From NCBI GenBank assembly GCA_963718525.1, contig OY970355.1, positions 1,984,001-2,048,000 of the forward strand: DNA of 64,000 nt, given 5' to 3'. This document shows positions 61,024 to 64,000 of this stretch, piece after piece. Source of the stretch: Candidatus Dormiibacterota bacterium (GTDB lineage Bacteria > Chloroflexota > Dormibacteria > Aeolococcales > Aeolococcaceae). How positions within the stretch are numbered: position 1 is the stretch's first letter; each line of letters begins with the position of its first letter. The notes under the pieces were generated by a model that was given only the letters and a program-made list of their open reading frames with translations, was not told the origin of the DNA and ran no database searches. The position numbers were made by a program, and so were the translations under genes.

Positions 61024-61719
61024 GTGATTCAGACGAGGGCTCGTAGCCAGCAGCCGGCTCCCCTCACGACCGCTTTCCCAGCCATCGTCCGTCCAGTCGG
61101 AGCTCCTCGGGCAACGACGCCAGCGCCGGTGGCGGAGCCTTCGCACCATCACCTTCCCGCTTGGGTGAAGCGAGCGTACGCGCAGGCACGCCCCATCCTC
61201 GCCGATCTCCTGGGCAGTCTCGAAGGTGAGCCCCGCGAAGAGTTCCAACGCTCGATCGATGACATCACTGCGCGTATCAACACCGGGAAGTTCAGTCAGG
61301 CGTTCCAGTACCCGCAATTGATCGCGAGCGGCATGGAGCTATATCAGCAGCAGCGCGCGACCAATGCGGATCGCGCTCGCGCCGCACATGCGCTCGATCT
61401 CCTCCGCCGTCGCGGCAGCGACATGCTTCGGGATGCAGGCCCGCAGCTGCCTCCCGAGGTCACGTCCCGTCTCGGCAGATCGTTGCGGTCCGCCACGAGC
61501 GCCGAGGAGATCACCGAGGTTGAGACCGAGGTGCGCCAGGCCGTGGAGTCGGCCCGGTCGGTCCAGGATCGCAAGCGCGAGCGCGAGATCAGCAAGACGC
61601 GCACGAAGATTCAGCGCGCGGCGCCGCGTGCGCAGGCCCGGCCGGTGGAAACCACCGAGACATGGCAGGACGTCCTTCGCCGTCTGCAGGAGCAGATGGC
61701 GCAAGAGGCGGGAGCGTGA
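61024..61719 (+). CDS. hypothetical helical/coiled-coil protein
   Basis: 231-aa ORF, GTGA-coupled to the next gene. Confidence 0.65.
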   Translation: MIQTRARSQQPAPLTTAFPAIVRPVGAPRATTPAPVAEPSHHHLPAWVKRAYAQARPILADLLGSLEGEPREEFQRSIDDITARINTGKFSQAFQYPQLIASGMELYQQQRATNADRARAAHALDLLRRRGSDMLRDAGPQLPPEVTSRLGRSLRSATSAEEITEVETEVRQAVESARSVQDRKREREISKTRTKIQRAAPRAQARPVETTETWQDVLRRLQEQMAQEAGA

Positions 61720-62207
61720 CCTCGGCCCCTCTAGCGGCCTCCCTGGATCCCAACAGCCTGGCGCCTGAGGCCACCGACCCCGAGGTGGGATCCGTGATGC
61801 GGCGAGAGGTGGTCTTCTGCCTTCCGAGCACGCCGGCGGATGCGATTGCCAAGTTGCTCGCCGACAACATCCTCAGTGAGATCGTGGTCCTTGTGGACCG
61901 CCGTCCGGTCGGATACGTCGCCAAAGAGGACATCATCGATCGCCTGATTGCGGGCGACATCGTGGTGTCCGGCAGCGACTTCGCTGTCCGCCCGCCCTCC
62001 ACGAACGTTCAGGCTCGCAACATTCTGCACGCGTCGCCGCTGCTTGTCGACGAGCACCAGCGCCTGAGTGAGGTGGTCTCGCTGATGGCGCATCACCAGC
62101 GCCGGCTTGCGGTCGTCACCCACGAGGACGACACGGTGGTCGGCATGGTGACCCCCCGCGAGCTTGCCGATTTCGCGCTTGCGCGTCGCACGGCCGTCCA
62201 TGCCTGA
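61716..62207 (+). CDS. CBS-pair domain protein
   Basis: VGSVMRREVV...PVGYVAKEDI and VVGMVTPREL CBS patterns. Confidence 0.8.
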   Translation: MTSAPLAASLDPNSLAPEATDPEVGSVMRREVVFCLPSTPADAIAKLLADNILSEIVVLVDRRPVGYVAKEDIIDRLIAGDIVVSGSDFAVRPPSTNVQARNILHASPLLVDEHQRLSEVVSLMAHHQRRLAVVTHEDDTVVGMVTPRELADFALARRTAVHA

Positions 62208-64000
62208 ACTGGAGAGCATCGCCTCTCCACTCGGCGCCGAGTGCGACCCCGAAGACACGCTGTCCGACGTGCTCGAGGTGCTGCGTCTCCAGGACCCGGT
62301 GCCGCTCATCGTCGTCAGAGGCGAGGAGATCCTCGGCGCCATCGGCCTCGAGGTCGTCGTCTCCTCGTTCGACGTCCTTGACCAGACGAGCGTTCGCGAC
62401 GTCATGCGTCCAGCGCCCGAGATCGACCTCGGCGAGCGCATCGAGCGCGGCGCGGACGTGATGCGCCGGGCCAACGCGGAGGCGGCAATCGTCACCGCAC
62501 CGGACGGTGGCGTCTTCTCGCGCCGGAGCTCACCTGCCGGCATGGTCAGCGCAGCACACGTGCTCGGCGCCATCGCGAAGAACGTCATCGACAAGGCGCC
62601 CATGAAGATCATGAGCGGGCACCTCGACCTCGGATTCAACGTCCCGATCACGCCGTGCCAGCGCAACTGTCCGATCCGCCAGGACATCGCGACCTACATC
62701 GACTACGTGAGCCAGGGCCGGTACGTCGACTCGTGGGCGGTCATCCACGAGACCAATCCGTTCCCGAGCATGCTCGGCCGGCTCTGCAATCACCCGTGCG
62801 AGACCGACTGCAAGCGCGGATGGGACCCAGGCGAGGAGCCGGTGACGATCAAGTCGATCAAACGGTTCTCGACCGACTTCGCGTTCCAGCAGGGGCTGTG
62901 GATCAACTACAAGATCGCGCCTGCCAAGGGCAAGCGGGTCGCAGTGGTCGGCGCGGGCCCTGCGGGCCTGACCTGCGCCCTCGACCTCCGCGTGCAGGGA
63001 TACGACGTCGTGCTCTACGAGCGCGAGGCCAAGGTCGGCGGTCTGCTCAGCACGTCGATTCCGCCGTTCCGGTTCGATCATCGCCAGCTCCAGTGGGAGC
63101 TCGACATGATCCTATCGACGGGAATCGACGTCCGGTTGAACAGCAACATCGGCAGCGGACCCGACGACATCAAGACCAAGGACCTGATCGACGAATACGA
63201 CGCCGTGTTCTTCTCGATCGGGATGATGAAGGGCCGGATTCTGCCGATTCCGGGCAGTGATCTTCCTCAGGTCACCGATGCGATGAGCTTCCTGCGCACT
63301 GTCTCGTACGACAAGGTTCCGGAGCACTTCCCCATCGGTGGCACCGTGGTGGTCGTGGGTGGTGGTGCTGTCGCCACCGACGCATGCCAGTCATCCATCA
63401 AGCTCGGCGCGAAGGACGTCTGGATGGTCGCGATCGAGCCCGAGGATCGCCTCCCGGCGTTCGGCAACGAGCTGCACGAAGCCAAGGAGATCGGGCTCCA
63501 CATCCAGTGCGGCGTCATCGTCAAGCACATCGAGGCTGACGAGAAGGGCGACGTCAAGTCGGTGTCGTTCGCGCCGCTGCAGGACCTGCAGTTCGATCCG
63601 CTCAGCGGCAAGCTCATCTTCTCGTCGGTCAAGGAGAAGGAGAACGCACCGCTGTGGACCGTGCCGGCGGACTACGTGATCTTCGCGTCGGGGCAGATCA
63701 TGGAGCGCCCCGACGAGCTCGTCCCGGTCACTCCGCGCGGACTGCTGTCGGCCGATCGTGGCGGCCATACCGGGGTTCCCAAGCTCTTCTGCGGTGGGGA
63801 CTGCGTGCAGGGCCCATCGTTCATCGTCGACGCGGCGGGATGGGGACATCGCGTTGCGCGCTCGATACGCGAGTTTCTCGGCGAGGATATGGAGGGTGCC
63901 GGCGACCGCATCTACCAGACAATCGTCGAGCGCACCGACGACCACCGCCAGTCCGAGCTGTTCGCGCGCGTCGAACCGGACATCCTCGAGGCGGACAAGC
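62200..64000 (+). CDS. CBS-fused GltD/SudA/NfnB-like Fe-S flavoprotein oxidoreductase (runs off the window; absent from the ORF track)
   Basis: Own translation from ATG 62200: ~130-aa CBS-like region, then PCQRNCP, NPFPSMLGRLCNHPCETDCKR, VAVVGAGPAG, VVVGGGAVA, LFCGGD; no stop seen before 64000. Confidence 0.85.
   Translation, partial: MPELESIASPLGAECDPEDTLSDVLEVLRLQDPVPLIVVRGEEILGAIGLEVVVSSFDVLDQTSVRDVMRPAPEIDLGERIERGADVMRRANAEAAIVTAPDGGVFSRRSSPAGMVSAAHVLGAIAKNVIDKAPMKIMSGHLDLGFNVPITPCQRNCPIRQDIATYIDYVSQGRYVDSWAVIHETNPFPSMLGRLCNHPCETDCKRGWDPGEEPVTIKSIKRFSTDFAFQQGLWINYKIAPAKGKRVAVVGAGPAGLTCALDLRVQGYDVVLYEREAKVGGLLSTSIPPFRFDHRQLQWELDMILSTGIDVRLNSNIGSGPDDIKTKDLIDEYDAVFFSIGMMKGRILPIPGSDLPQVTDAMSFLRTVSYDKVPEHFPIGGTVVVVGGGAVATDACQSSIKLGAKDVWMVAIEPEDRLPAFGNELHEAKEIGLHIQCGVIVKHIEADEKGDVKSVSFAPLQDLQFDPLSGKLIFSSVKEKENAPLWTVPADYVIFASGQIMERPDELVPVTPRGLLSADRGGHTGVPKLFCGGDCVQGPSFIVDAAGWGHRVARSIREFLGEDMEGAGDRIYQTIVERTDDHRQSELFARVEPDILEADK

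Overview
High-GC bacterial chromosomal window, mostly core metabolism, with no integrase, transposase, phage gene or CRISPR array seen. In order: (1) a cobalamin-riboswitch-controlled minus-strand operon encoding two surface-anchored proteins (a prenyltransferase/squalene-cyclase-repeat helical protein with a near-perfect 819-bp internal duplication, and a DUF4430/transcobalamin-C-like protein) plus a CbrT-type ECF transporter; (2) an MshA-like glycosyltransferase and a frameshifted pepN; (3) a complete nuoA-N operon extended by an FAD-binding gene and resB; (4) two convergent ArnT/GT39-like genes, tRNA-Arg(UCU), tRNA-His(GUG), methyltransferases, an AidB-like dehydrogenase and GDPD; (5) a LysW-dependent lysine operon under an apparent Lys-Lys leader-peptide attenuator, divergent from the his operon; (6) a sir-cysH-cysG operon with a candidate leader peptide; (7) an Sdh1-like succinate dehydrogenase, mdh, a structured intergenic element and nth; (8) a truncated operon ending in a CBS-fused GltD-like flavoprotein. 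Many first genes look leaderless. The gene mix suggests a Chloroflexota/Dormibacterota-like or other Terrabacteria organism (inference only). The best novel-system candidates are the split transcobalamin-like B12-capture module and the CBS/CBS-GltD operon. All calls come from reading motifs by eye; no database searches were run.
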